64,000 bases of DNA, from NCBI GenBank assembly GCA_963741955.1, contig CAVUKB010000004.1, positions 641,194 to 705,193 of the forward strand. Direction: 5' to 3'. The notes under the pieces are model-generated. The model was not told where the DNA came from, made no database searches, and worked only from the letters and a program-made list of their open reading frames with translations. Source of the DNA: an uncultured Acidobacteriota bacterium (GTDB taxonomy: Bacteria; Acidobacteriota; Thermoanaerobaculia; Gp7-AA8). The position numbers and the translations under genes were made by a program. Below, piece after piece: positions 18,981-27,804 of the stretch. How positions within the stretch are numbered: the first letter of the stretch is position 1; every line of letters begins with the position of its first letter.

Positions 18981-20500
18981 TGACAGAGATGACTGAAACC
19001 GAAATTCAGAATGAGCGCGAAGCGCTCGAGCGCCTCGCCCCCGGACCCGCCTCGCCGATGCCCATCACCTGGGAGTACGCTCCGGCGCTCGAATCGACCG
19101 ACCACGTCAAGCTGCGTCCCCGGTACGGGCTGTTCATCGGTGGACAATTCGTCGAACCACTCTCCGGGAAGTACTTTCCCACCATCAGCCCGTCGACGGA
19201 GAGCGTTCTCGCCGAGATCGCCGAGGGAGGAGAGGCGGACGTCGATGCGGCGGTGAAGGAAGCGCGGCGCGCGTACGACCGCTACTGGAAGAAGCTCTCG
19301 CCGACCGAGCGTGCGAAATACATTTTCCGGATCGCGCGTCTGATCCAGGAGAAGGCGCGGGCGCTCGCAGTGGTGGAGACGATGAACGGCGGCAAGCCGA
19401 TCAAGGAGTCTCGCGACGTCGACATCCCGCTCGCCGCGGCCCACTTCTTCTACTACGCCGGATGGGCGGACAAGCTGGAGTATGCCTTTCCGGGAAGGCG
19501 CGTCGCTCCGGTCGGCGTCGCCGGACAGATCATCCCGTGGAACTTCCCTCTGCTGATGGCGGCGTGGAAACTCGCGCCTGCACTCGCGGCCGGCAACACC
19601 GTGGTGCTCAAACCCGCCGAGACCACTCCGCTCACAGCGTTGATGCTGGCGGAGATCATCCAGGAGGCGGAGCTTCCGCCCGGCGTGGTGAACATCGTGA
19701 CCGGAGGAGGGGAGACCGGGGCGATGCTGGTGCGCCATCCCGAAGTCGACAAGATCGCGTTCACCGGGTCGACCGAGGTGGGGAAGAAGATTCAACGGAC
19801 GATCGCCGGATCGAAGAAACGTCTGACCCTCGAGCTCGGGGGAAAGGCGCCGAACATCGTCTTCGAGGATGCTCCGATCGACCAGGCGGTGGAAGGGATC
19901 ATCAACGGGATCTACTTCAACCAGGGTCACGTCTGTTGCGCCGGGTCACGCCTCTTCGTCCAGGAGTCGGTCTTCGAGAAAGTGATCCGGAAGCTCGGCA
20001 GCCGCATTCAGACGCTCCGGGTCGGCGATCCTCTGGACAAGAACACCGACGTCGGCGCGATCAACTCGCGCGCACAGCTGGAGAAGATCCGTGAGCTGGT
20101 CGGCAGTGGAGTGGAAGAAGGGGCCGAGATCCATCAGTCGTCGTGCGATCTTCCCGACCGTGGATTCTGGTTCGCGCCGACCTTCTTCACCGGAGTCGCG
20201 CAGTCGCATCGCATCGCGCAGGAGGAGATCTTCGGTCCGGTCCTTTCGGTGCTGACCTTCCGCACCCCGGAAGAAGCGATCGAGAAGGCGAACAACACCC
20301 CGTACGGACTCTCGGCGGGAGTCTGGACCGAGAAGGGTTCGCGCATCCTCCGGATGGCACAGAAGCTCCGGGCCGGCGTGATCTGGGCCAACACTTACAA
20401 CAAGTTCGATCCTTCGTCGCCCTTCGGCGGTTACAAGGAGTCGGGATTCGGCCGCGAAGGGGGACGTCACGGGCTTTCCCCGTACGTCGAGCTTCAGTGA
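18980..20500 (+). CDS. Aldehyde dehydrogenase
   Basis: PWNFP, KPAETT, FTGSTEVG, LELGGK, NQGHVCCAGS, EEIFGPV. Confidence 0.95.
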   Translation: MTEMTETEIQNEREALERLAPGPASPMPITWEYAPALESTDHVKLRPRYGLFIGGQFVEPLSGKYFPTISPSTESVLAEIAEGGEADVDAAVKEARRAYDRYWKKLSPTERAKYIFRIARLIQEKARALAVVETMNGGKPIKESRDVDIPLAAAHFFYYAGWADKLEYAFPGRRVAPVGVAGQIIPWNFPLLMAAWKLAPALAAGNTVVLKPAETTPLTALMLAEIIQEAELPPGVVNIVTGGGETGAMLVRHPEVDKIAFTGSTEVGKKIQRTIAGSKKRLTLELGGKAPNIVFEDAPIDQAVEGIINGIYFNQGHVCCAGSRLFVQESVFEKVIRKLGSRIQTLRVGDPLDKNTDVGAINSRAQLEKIRELVGSGVEEGAEIHQSSCDLPDRGFWFAPTFFTGVAQSHRIAQEEIFGPVLSVLTFRTPEEAIEKANNTPYGLSAGVWTEKGSRILRMAQKLRAGVIWANTYNKFDPSSPFGGYKESGFGREGGRHGLSPYVELQ

Positions 20501-20508
20501 GGAACGGA

Positions 20509-21393
20509 ATGAGAGCGAGAGCATCGACGTCACGACTGAACGTTCGCAAGACTTACAAGCTCTACATCGGCGGCGAGTTCCCTCGCACCGAGTCGGGCCG
20601 TTCCTATCCCGTACAGAATGCGAAAGGCGCGCTGGTCGCGAATGCCTGTCTCGGCTCACGCAAGGACGTCCGGAATGCCGTCGTCGCGGCGCGGAAGGCG
20701 CTGGCCGGATGGAGCGGAAAGACTGCTTACAATCGAGGGCAGGTGCTGTATCGGATCGCCGAAGTCTGCGAGTCACGCGCGAGTGAGCTGGAGAACGAGC
20801 TGCGCCAGATGGGTGCGAGCAAAGGGGAGGCGACGAAGGAAGTCGAGCGCACCATCGACCGCTGGGTCTACTACGCCGGATGGTGCGACAAGTTCGCGCA
20901 GATCCTCGGCTGTGCCAACCCCGTCGCCGGTCCGTACTACAACTTCAGTGTCCCCGAGCCGACCGGCGTCGCGGGCATCGTCGCTCCGGACGCGATGCCG
21001 CTGCTCGGTTTCGTCAGCCGCGTCGCTCCGGCGATCGCGGGTGGCAATACGGTCGTCGCGATTCCCTCCGAGCCTCGCCCCCTCGCTTCCATCACCATGA
21101 GCGAGATCCTCGCGACCTCGGATGTCCCGGGAGGCGTGGTGAACGTCATCACCGGGAAGAAGGACGAGCTGATCCCCTGGCTCGCGTCGCACATGGACGT
21201 CAACGCGATCGACTGTACGGGAGTCGCTCCCGACCTGCTGGCGAAGGTGCAGGAGCTCGCGGCGGAGAACGTCAAGCGTGTGGTCGGCGGGCCGGAAGGG
21301 GTACGCGCGATCGACTCCGACCAGGGACAGTCGCTCTACGCGATCTCCGACTTCCTCGAGATCAAGACCGTATGGCACCCGACGGGCATCTGA
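20509..21393 (+). CDS. Short aldehyde dehydrogenase family protein (no catalytic domain)
   Basis: KLYIGGEFPRTESGR, PGGVVNVITG, EIKTVWHP; no ELGGK or catalytic Cys region. Confidence 0.88.
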   Translation: MRARASTSRLNVRKTYKLYIGGEFPRTESGRSYPVQNAKGALVANACLGSRKDVRNAVVAARKALAGWSGKTAYNRGQVLYRIAEVCESRASELENELRQMGASKGEATKEVERTIDRWVYYAGWCDKFAQILGCANPVAGPYYNFSVPEPTGVAGIVAPDAMPLLGFVSRVAPAIAGGNTVVAIPSEPRPLASITMSEILATSDVPGGVVNVITGKKDELIPWLASHMDVNAIDCTGVAPDLLAKVQELAAENVKRVVGGPEGVRAIDSDQGQSLYAISDFLEIKTVWHPTGI

Positions 21394-21451
21394 TATCTGA
21401 TATCTGTTATCTGGGTCAGATCAGCGATATCAGATGAGCGATATCAGATCT
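21391..21451. repeat. Short inverted GATATC(T/A)GA repeats between convergent genes; possible terminator
   Basis: TGATATCTGATATCTG...GATATCAGA...GATATCAGATC. Confidence 0.5.
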
Positions 21452-21460
21452 GCGATGCCC

Positions 21461-23470
21461 TTACCGTACTTTCGTTCCGTTCGGGACGGAGGGGTCGACG
21501 GAGAGAAGGCTCGGCTCACCATCGATGGAAGCGGCGAGGACCATCCCGTTCGATTCGATTCCCATCAGTTTCGCGGGCTGGAGGTTCGCGACGATGACGA
21601 CCTTTCGGCCGACCAGTTCCTCCGGTTCGTACTTCGTCGCGATTCCCGCGACGATGGTCCGTTCCTCGTCGCCGGTCGTGATCCGCATCCTGATCAGCTT
21701 CTTCGATTTCGGGACTCGTTCTGCTTCGAGCACCTGCGCCACGCGAAGATCAGTCTTCATGAACTCGTCGATCGAGATGCGTGAGGTGTCGGGCGCGATC
21801 GCTTCCGTGGTCTGAGGCGGCGGTCCGGCCTGTTGCGGAGCGCTGGTAACGTCCGGCGTGACGGGCGGATTCGGAGTCTCTGCGGGCTTCTTCTCTTCAG
21901 TCATCGGTGCTCCTTTGGCGGCCGGCGTCGGGGCGCCGGCGAGATACTCCGCGGTATCGACGCGCGGGAAGAGCGCGTCGCCCGCTTCGATGGGTCGGTT
22001 GTTCGGAAGGCGGCCCCACACCAGCGATTCGGTCCTGAGCGACTCTCCGGCCGCTCCGATCCGTGCGAGTGCAGTCGCGGAGAGCGAAGGCATGAAAGGG
22101 GAGACCATCAGCCAGACCAGGCGCATCGACTCGAGAGTGTTCCAGATGATGCGGGAGAGCGACTCGTCGGCTCCCTTCTCCTTGTAGTGCTTCCACGGTT
22201 CGTGGCTCACGATGTAGCCGTTCACTCCGACCAGGGCCCGCCAGATCACTTCCAGTGCGCGCTGGAAGTTGAGGCGCTCCATCTCGCGGAAGTACTCCGG
22301 GATGAGGCGCTCGGCGTTCTTTTGCAGGTCGTTGTCGTCGCACGGAATCGGCGGTGTCTTTCCGTCGAAATACGAGGCACTCATCTTCAGAATGCGCGAG
22401 AGCGTGTTCCCGAGATCGTTTGCGAGATCGGAGTTGTAGCGCTGGAGGAACGATTCGTCGGAGTAGTTCGCATCCTGACCGAACGTCATTTCCCGCATCA
22501 CGAAGTAGCGGAAGGCGTCGGATCCGAAGCGCTCGATGATGTCGTCGGGGCGGACGATGTTTCCGGTCGACTTGGAGATCTTCTGGTTGTCACGGAGCCA
22601 CCATCCGTGGCCGACGATCGACTTCGGAAGCTCGAGCCCGGCGGCCATCAGGAAGGCCGGCCAGTAGACGGCGTGGAATCGGACGATGTCCTTTCCGACC
22701 AGGTGGATGTCGGCAGGCCACCAGCGCTGGTAACGCGAGTCGTCGTCGCTCCCGAAACCGAGCGCGGAGATGTAGTTGGTCAGCGCATCCATCCAGACGT
22801 AGATCACGTGGTTCGGTGCGCCGGGGAAAGGGATGCCCCAGGTGATCGAGGTGCGCGAGATCGACAGATCTCTGAGTCCGGCGTCGACGAACGAGGTGAC
22901 CTCGTTGAAGCGCGTCTGCGGCTGAACGAAATCGGGGTGCTCACGGTAATACTTCATCAGGCGGTCCCGGTACGCGGAGAGCTTGAAGAAGTAGTTCTTC
23001 TCGGAAGTCCACTCGACGGGATGTCCTTCCTCGCATTTCCCGTTCGCGACCTGCGATTCGGGGATGAAGGTCTCCTCGCTCTGGCAGTACCAGCCGGCGT
23101 GCTCGCCGAGGTAGATGTCGCCCGGACTCTGCTCCTGGATGCGGCGAATCAGCTCGTACACGCCGATACGATGGCGGTCTTCGGTCGTGCGGATGAAGTC
23201 GTCGTTGGTGATCTCGAGCCGCGTCCAGTGAGCGCGGTGAGCGGCGACTACGCGGTCGGCCAGCTCGATCGGGCTGATTCCCTGCTTTGCGGCGGAGCGC
23301 TCGATCTTCTGGCCGTGCTCGTCCGTTCCGGTGAGGAAGAAGACATCGTCGCCCTTCATCCGGTGGAAGCGGGCGATCACGTCGGCCACGATGTTCTCGT
23401 AGATGTGTCCGATGTGGGGAAGGTCATTCACGTAATGAATGGCGGTGGTGATGTAGAACGGTTTGCTCAT
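21461..23470 (-). CDS. metG: Methionine--tRNA ligase with C-terminal tRNA-binding domain
   Basis: FYITTAIHYVN, HIGH, GTDEHGQK, KISKS; C-terminal ANLQPAKLMGIESNGM. Confidence 0.96.
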   Translation of the reverse strand: MSKPFYITTAIHYVNDLPHIGHIYENIVADVIARFHRMKGDDVFFLTGTDEHGQKIERSAAKQGISPIELADRVVAAHRAHWTRLEITNDDFIRTTEDRHRIGVYELIRRIQEQSPGDIYLGEHAGWYCQSEETFIPESQVANGKCEEGHPVEWTSEKNYFFKLSAYRDRLMKYYREHPDFVQPQTRFNEVTSFVDAGLRDLSISRTSITWGIPFPGAPNHVIYVWMDALTNYISALGFGSDDDSRYQRWWPADIHLVGKDIVRFHAVYWPAFLMAAGLELPKSIVGHGWWLRDNQKISKSTGNIVRPDDIIERFGSDAFRYFVMREMTFGQDANYSDESFLQRYNSDLANDLGNTLSRILKMSASYFDGKTPPIPCDDNDLQKNAERLIPEYFREMERLNFQRALEVIWRALVGVNGYIVSHEPWKHYKEKGADESLSRIIWNTLESMRLVWLMVSPFMPSLSATALARIGAAGESLRTESLVWGRLPNNRPIEAGDALFPRVDTAEYLAGAPTPAAKGAPMTEEKKPAETPNPPVTPDVTSAPQQAGPPPQTTEAIAPDTSRISIDEFMKTDLRVAQVLEAERVPKSKKLIRMRITTGDEERTIVAGIATKYEPEELVGRKVVIVANLQPAKLMGIESNGMVLAASIDGEPSLLSVDPSVPNGTKVR

Positions 23471-23517
23471 CGGTTCCTTTTCACTTCCGGTGCGATGCAG
23501 GAGCCGCACCGCGCGGC

Positions 23518-23543
23518 GCATTGTAGCAGGAGAGGGGTCGGGG
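23518..23543 (-). promoter_or_regulatory. Left arm of 26-bp inverted repeat; extended -10 (TGCTACAAT) for metG
   Basis: Exact reverse complement of 23838-23863. Confidence 0.7.
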
Positions 23544-23548
23544 GTTGG

Positions 23549-23701
23549 GAGAGGCGAGAGGCGAGAGACGAGAGGCGAGAGACGAGGGGCGAGAGGCGAG
23601 AGACGAGGGGCGAGAGGCGAGGGGCGAGAGGCGAGGGGCGAGAGACGAGGGGCGAGAGACGAGGGGCGAGAGACGAGGGGCGAGAGGCGAGAGGCGAGAG
23701 G
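23549..23701. repeat. Heptamer tandem repeat (RCGAGRG), about 21 copies
   Basis: GCGAGAG/ACGAGAG/ACGAGGG/GCGAGGG run. Confidence 0.9.
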
Positions 23702-23837
23702 ATGCAATCACCGAGGAGCGCTGATTTGCAATCCGCCTCGAGGATCGGATCGCAGGGCACCGGGACGAGAGGCGAGCGCGAATGCTGGAGTGCCGCTTCG
23801 CGGCCGAACCAACGATTTCCCGATGCTTCTCGCCGAT

Positions 23838-23863
23838 CCCCGACCCCTCTCCTGCTACAATGC
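23838..23863 (+). promoter_or_regulatory. Right arm of 26-bp inverted repeat; extended -10 (TGCTACAAT) for rfbC
   Basis: CCCCGACCCCTCTCCTGCTACAATGC, about 22 nt upstream of the rfbC ATG. Confidence 0.7.
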
Positions 23864-23884
23864 CGCGTCATTTTACGGAGTGAG

Positions 23885-24442
23885 ATGAAAGCGATCGAGA
23901 CCAATCTTCCCGGCGTTCTGATCATCGAGTCGCGCTCGTTCGAAGACGAGCGCGGGTTCTTCATGGAGACGTGGCACCAGACGAAATTCGCGGAGATCGG
24001 GATCGATGCGCGCTTCGTCCAGGACAACCATTCCCGATCGACCCGAGGAGTGCTGCGAGGTCTCCACTTCCAGCAGCCCTCACCGCAGGGGAAGCTGGTG
24101 CGGGCAGTCACCGGACGGATCTTCGACGTCGCGGTGGACATCCGCCGCGGTTCGCCGTCGTTCGGACGATGGACAGGTGTCGAGCTGTCGGAGGAGAACC
24201 GGTTCCAGCTCTGGGTGCCGGAAGGGTTCGCGCACGGGTTCGTGGTGCTCTCCGACGTGGCCGACGTGGTGTACAAGTGCACCGCGATCTACGACGCCCC
24301 CGCGGATCGCGGAATCGCCTGGAATGATCCCGGGATCGGCATCGAATGGCCGGTACCGCGGCCGATCCTCTCGCCGAAAGATGCTGCGCTGCCGTCTCTG
24401 AAAGACGCGCCGGTACTGCCGGAGCTCGAGGCTGGAGGCTAG
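23885..24442 (+). CDS. rfbC: dTDP-4-dehydrorhamnose 3,5-epimerase
   Basis: DERGFFME, QDNHSRS, VLRGLHFQ, PEGFAHGF; GGAG RBS. Confidence 0.95.
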   Translation: MKAIETNLPGVLIIESRSFEDERGFFMETWHQTKFAEIGIDARFVQDNHSRSTRGVLRGLHFQQPSPQGKLVRAVTGRIFDVAVDIRRGSPSFGRWTGVELSEENRFQLWVPEGFAHGFVVLSDVADVVYKCTAIYDAPADRGIAWNDPGIGIEWPVPRPILSPKDAALPSLKDAPVLPELEAGG

Positions 24443-24601
24443 GAGTCTGCGCGGTAGAAACTGTCCTACTGCGAAAGCGGATCAATGGTCCAAATCCGCC
24501 CGGATTTTCGGCGAGTAGCCACCGCTACGCACCTCAAATCCGAACGAATTTGGCCTCGTTGCTCCGCTTTCTCGCTACGGACGTTTCTACCGCGCAGACT
24601 C
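24443..24601. mobile_element. MITE family B, 159 bp, 19-bp TIRs
   Basis: GAGTCTGCGCGGTAGAAAC...GTTTCTACCGCGCAGACTC, flanked by CTAG / CCAG. Confidence 0.75.
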
Positions 24602-24611
24602 CCAGGAGAGC

Positions 24612-24653
24612 GTCGGACGCGTCGGACGTGTCGGACATGTCGGACATGTCGGA
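24612..24653. repeat. 9-bp tandem repeat GTCGGACRY
   Basis: About 4.5 copies; related motif at ~17896-17930. Confidence 0.7.
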
Positions 24654-24696
24654 GGGTTCCGCTACGTGTGCTGTCGCATCTCATCCAACGATCTTC

Positions 24697-24725
24697 TTGA
24701 CACTCCGGAGCGCTCTGTTTAGGAT
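24697..24725 (+). promoter_or_regulatory. Sigma70 promoter for tRNA-Asp
   Basis: TTGACA-N17-TAGGAT. Confidence 0.75.
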
Positions 24726-24781
24726 GGCGCTCCTTCGGGAATTCGGTCCGAGAGGAGCGAGTTTCGGAGGCAGTTGAATGC

Positions 24782-24858
<77 letters not shown>

Positions 24859-24874
24859 CCCCGAAAACGATCAG

Positions 24875-24899
24875 GAGCGGCCTCTGGGCCGCTCTTTTT
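24875..24899 (+). terminator. Intrinsic terminator
   Basis: GAGCGGCC-TCTG-GGCCGCTC-TTTTT. Confidence 0.85.
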
Positions 24900-24903
24900 C
24901 GTC

Positions 24904-25341
24904 TCAGGCCGGATGCGGGTGCGGCTTGGGAGCGAGGGCCGGATTTCCGACTTCGGAGGTCGTCGCGTTCCTGACCTCCTCGGTGCAGGTCGCCACGAGT
25001 TTCGACAGATCCTCGAGATCGAAGGGCTTCGAGACGACCGCGTAGATCGATTCGCTCCGGAGCTCCTCGAGCCGCTTCGGAGAAACCGCCGAAATGACGA
25101 TCACGGATCGCTCTCCCGGCCGTTCCTTCTCCAGAAACCGGAGCACGTCGTCTCCGCTCGCCACCGGCATCATCAGGTCGAGCAGAACGGCGTCGTAGCT
25201 CTTCTCTCGCAGCGAAAGAATCGCCTGCTCGCCGTTCGCGACCAGCGCCGCGTCTAGACCGTACCGCTTCAGTGCGATTCCGAGGAGGTCACGAATGGCA
25301 TCGTCGTCATCGACCACCAGCACGCTTCGATTCGTACTCAT
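24904..25341 (-). CDS. Single-domain response regulator
   Basis: VLVVDDD, LLDLMMP, ISA, KPFDL. Confidence 0.88.
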   Translation of the reverse strand: MSTNRSVLVVDDDDAIRDLLGIALKRYGLDAALVANGEQAILSLREKSYDAVLLDLMMPVASGDDVLRFLEKERPGERSVIVISAVSPKRLEELRSESIYAVVSKPFDLEDLSKLVATCTEEVRNATTSEVGNPALAPKPHPHPA

Positions 25342-25446
25342 CAGGAGTGCCCCCGTACGATCTGGTGACAATTCAAGAATCCCACCAGTTGTGTCGAATC
25401 GCCCGGGACTTTTTGGGGTGGCGGCGGGCTTACGCGCGTAACGGCT

Positions 25447-27783
25447 TCATTTGACGGTGATCTCGACCGCGTCAGCGTGGGCGCCCTCGACGATGGCCTC
25501 GACCCGGTGCTTTCCGGCACGGATGGGCCAGCGTACCGACGACTCCGAAGAGGCCGTTCCGACCGTTCGTCCGTCGACCCTCCATGTGACCATCCCCGAA
25601 CGTCCGTTTGCGGTGGCCCGGAACGAAAGGGTCTGAAACTCTGACCGGAGCGTCGGATCGATCAGGTACGTCGCGCCGGGAGGGGGATTGGTGATGTGGA
25701 CGGCAGGATGGCGAGCAGCGAGTTGTGCTCGCACGACCGGGACATCGGCCGTACCGCGCTCTGCGGCCCACGCACGGTACTCCGCAGGCCAGAGCACACC
25801 ACGCGAAGAGTGCCACGTGCAGGTTTCTACCGGCACGTCAGTGGCCACCCATTCCTGGCGGGTGGAAGGACAGAACGGTCCCGGCTGCATCCCTGTGAGC
25901 GCGCACACCGGACGGAGCACCACGGCGGTCGGCACCGGAACGATCGGCGGATCGGTCACGGTGGGAAATCTTCCGAGCACTCGTTCCTCTGCGGCGAGCA
26001 TGACCGCATGGAAGATCGGCGCGGCTCCGGTGACTCCGCTCGAGCCCCGCAGGGGAGTCCGATCGAAATTGCCGACCCAGACGCCGACGGTGACCTCGCG
26101 CGTATAGCCGATCGTCCAGTTGTCGCGGTAGGCCTGCGAAGTTCCCGTCTTCACCGCAACCGGAAAGGGGAAATCGAGACTGCCACCTTCCCCGAATATG
26201 AACCGCCGGGCATCGGAATCGGAGAGAACGTCGGTGATCCAGAATGCCGTGCGTGCCGAGACCGTCCGCTCTCCGCTGCCGGCTTTGGGCGGTGTCGACT
26301 CTTGGCCATCGATCCCGACCACGCGCTTCACGGAGCGCGGAACCACCGGAATGCCCCCACGTGCGAACGTCGCGTACGCTGCCACGAGCTCGTCGAGACG
26401 GACCTCGGCATCGCCGAGCGTCAGACCGAGACCGTAGTAGTCCGGCGTTCGATCGAGTGTGCTCACTCCGCAGGAGCGGAGCAACCGAAGGAGAGTCGGG
26501 ACTCCCACTTTCGAGAGGAGCCAGACCGCCGGGACGTTCTCCGAGCCTGCGAGAGCCTGCCTCGCCCGGAGCGGTCCACGGAATACGCCGTCATAGTTGC
26601 GCGGGACGTAGTTCACGCCGCCGACGGCGGTGGGGAAGTGCTGGGGAACGTCGGGGAGAAGTGAGGCTGGCGACTCGCCGCGCTCGAACGCAGCCGCGTA
26701 GGTGAAGGGTTTGAGAGCCGAGCCTGGCTGTCGCGGCGTCGATGCTCCGTCGATCGCGCCGCCGTGCTCGGCGTCGAAGTAATCCCCTGACCCTTCCCAG
26801 GCGAGCCACTCTCCGCTCGCGTTGTCGAGCACCACCACCGCTACGTTCGCTGCGCCGTGGCGCTGGAGATCCTTTTGCCGGGCCGCGATGATTCCGGCGA
26901 CGCGCTCCTGCAGCGGCGCATCGATCGTGGTCACGATTCTTCGCACCCCGGGATCGGTGTACTTTGCGAGCGTCTCCTGGACGAGATGAGGCGCGAGGAA
27001 GGGTCGATCGCGCCGTACGAACCGGAGGTGCTCTTCCTGCGCGGCGCGGAGCGCTTCGGGCGTGACGGCGTCACTGACCGCGATCCGGGAGAGAACCCGG
27101 CGCTGTCTCGAAAGAGCCCCGGAGGGATTTCGATAGGGATCGAGCGCGCTCGGTCTCTGTGGCAACCCGGCGAGGAACGCCGCCTGGGCGAGCGTCAGCT
27201 CGGAAGGAGCGATTCCGAAGTAACCACGACTCGCGCGGTCGACTCCGCGGAACTGGTTTCCATAGGGCGCGAGGTTCAGATAGATCGCGAGGATCTCCCG
27301 CTTCGAGAGGCGATGCTCGAGGCGGAGCGCCAGAACGATCTCGTGGAACTTCCGTGAGAAGCTCTTTTCATTCGTGGAGACATGACCCTCAGCAATCTCG
27401 ATCTGCTTCACCGTCTGCTGGGTGAGCGTGGATCCCCCCTCGACGACGGCGCCGGTGACGAGGTCGTGCCACGCGGCACGGGAGAGCGCGAGAGGATCGA
27501 TCCCCGGATGCGAAAAGAAGCGTCGGTCTTCCGCCGCGATCGTCGCAGCGAGGACGTTGGGAGGAATCGCCTCAGGCGGAATCCAGTGACTCCGCTCACC
27601 GGTGTCGGAAAGCGCCTCGTAGAGGACCACTCCACCGCGGTCGGTCACCGTGACCGACGCGAAGCGCGAGCGGTCGAGGAAGCCGTCCGGCAAGGGCCCC
27701 ATGCGGATCCACGCACCGAGCGTCGCCAGCCCAGCCGTGAGGATGCCGCCGAGAAGGTACCATCTGGCTCTCTGCCGTCGGAT
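25447..27783 (-). CDS. pbpC: Penicillin-binding protein 1C
   Basis: EDRRF, GGSTLTQQ, SALK (SxxK), KTGTS. The in-frame TM anchor upstream of ATG 27702 implies a start at ATC 27783. Confidence 0.92.
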   Translation of the reverse strand: MRRQRARWYLLGGILTAGLATLGAWIRMGPLPDGFLDRSRFASVTVTDRGGVVLYEALSDTGERSHWIPPEAIPPNVLAATIAAEDRRFFSHPGIDPLALSRAAWHDLVTGAVVEGGSTLTQQTVKQIEIAEGHVSTNEKSFSRKFHEIVLALRLEHRLSKREILAIYLNLAPYGNQFRGVDRASRGYFGIAPSELTLAQAAFLAGLPQRPSALDPYRNPSGALSRQRRVLSRIAVSDAVTPEALRAAQEEHLRFVRRDRPFLAPHLVQETLAKYTDPGVRRIVTTIDAPLQERVAGIIAARQKDLQRHGAANVAVVVLDNASGEWLAWEGSGDYFDAEHGGAIDGASTPRQPGSALKPFTYAAAFERGESPASLLPDVPQHFPTAVGGVNYVPRNYDGVFRGPLRARQALAGSENVPAVWLLSKVGVPTLLRLLRSCGVSTLDRTPDYYGLGLTLGDAEVRLDELVAAYATFARGGIPVVPRSVKRVVGIDGQESTPPKAGSGERTVSARTAFWITDVLSDSDARRFIFGEGGSLDFPFPVAVKTGTSQAYRDNWTIGYTREVTVGVWVGNFDRTPLRGSSGVTGAAPIFHAVMLAAEERVLGRFPTVTDPPIVPVPTAVVLRPVCALTGMQPGPFCPSTRQEWVATDVPVETCTWHSSRGVLWPAEYRAWAAERGTADVPVVRAQLAARHPAVHITNPPPGATYLIDPTLRSEFQTLSFRATANGRSGMVTWRVDGRTVGTASSESSVRWPIRAGKHRVEAIVEGAHADAVEITVK

Positions 27784-27804
27784 TGCCGTTCTCCCGTGAA
27801 TTCG

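Noticed and set aside
21833-23884. 869-aa ORF fused to rfbC, and the 'LSPLASR' extension of metG
   Set aside because: Antisense shadow of metG and translation of the heptamer tract.
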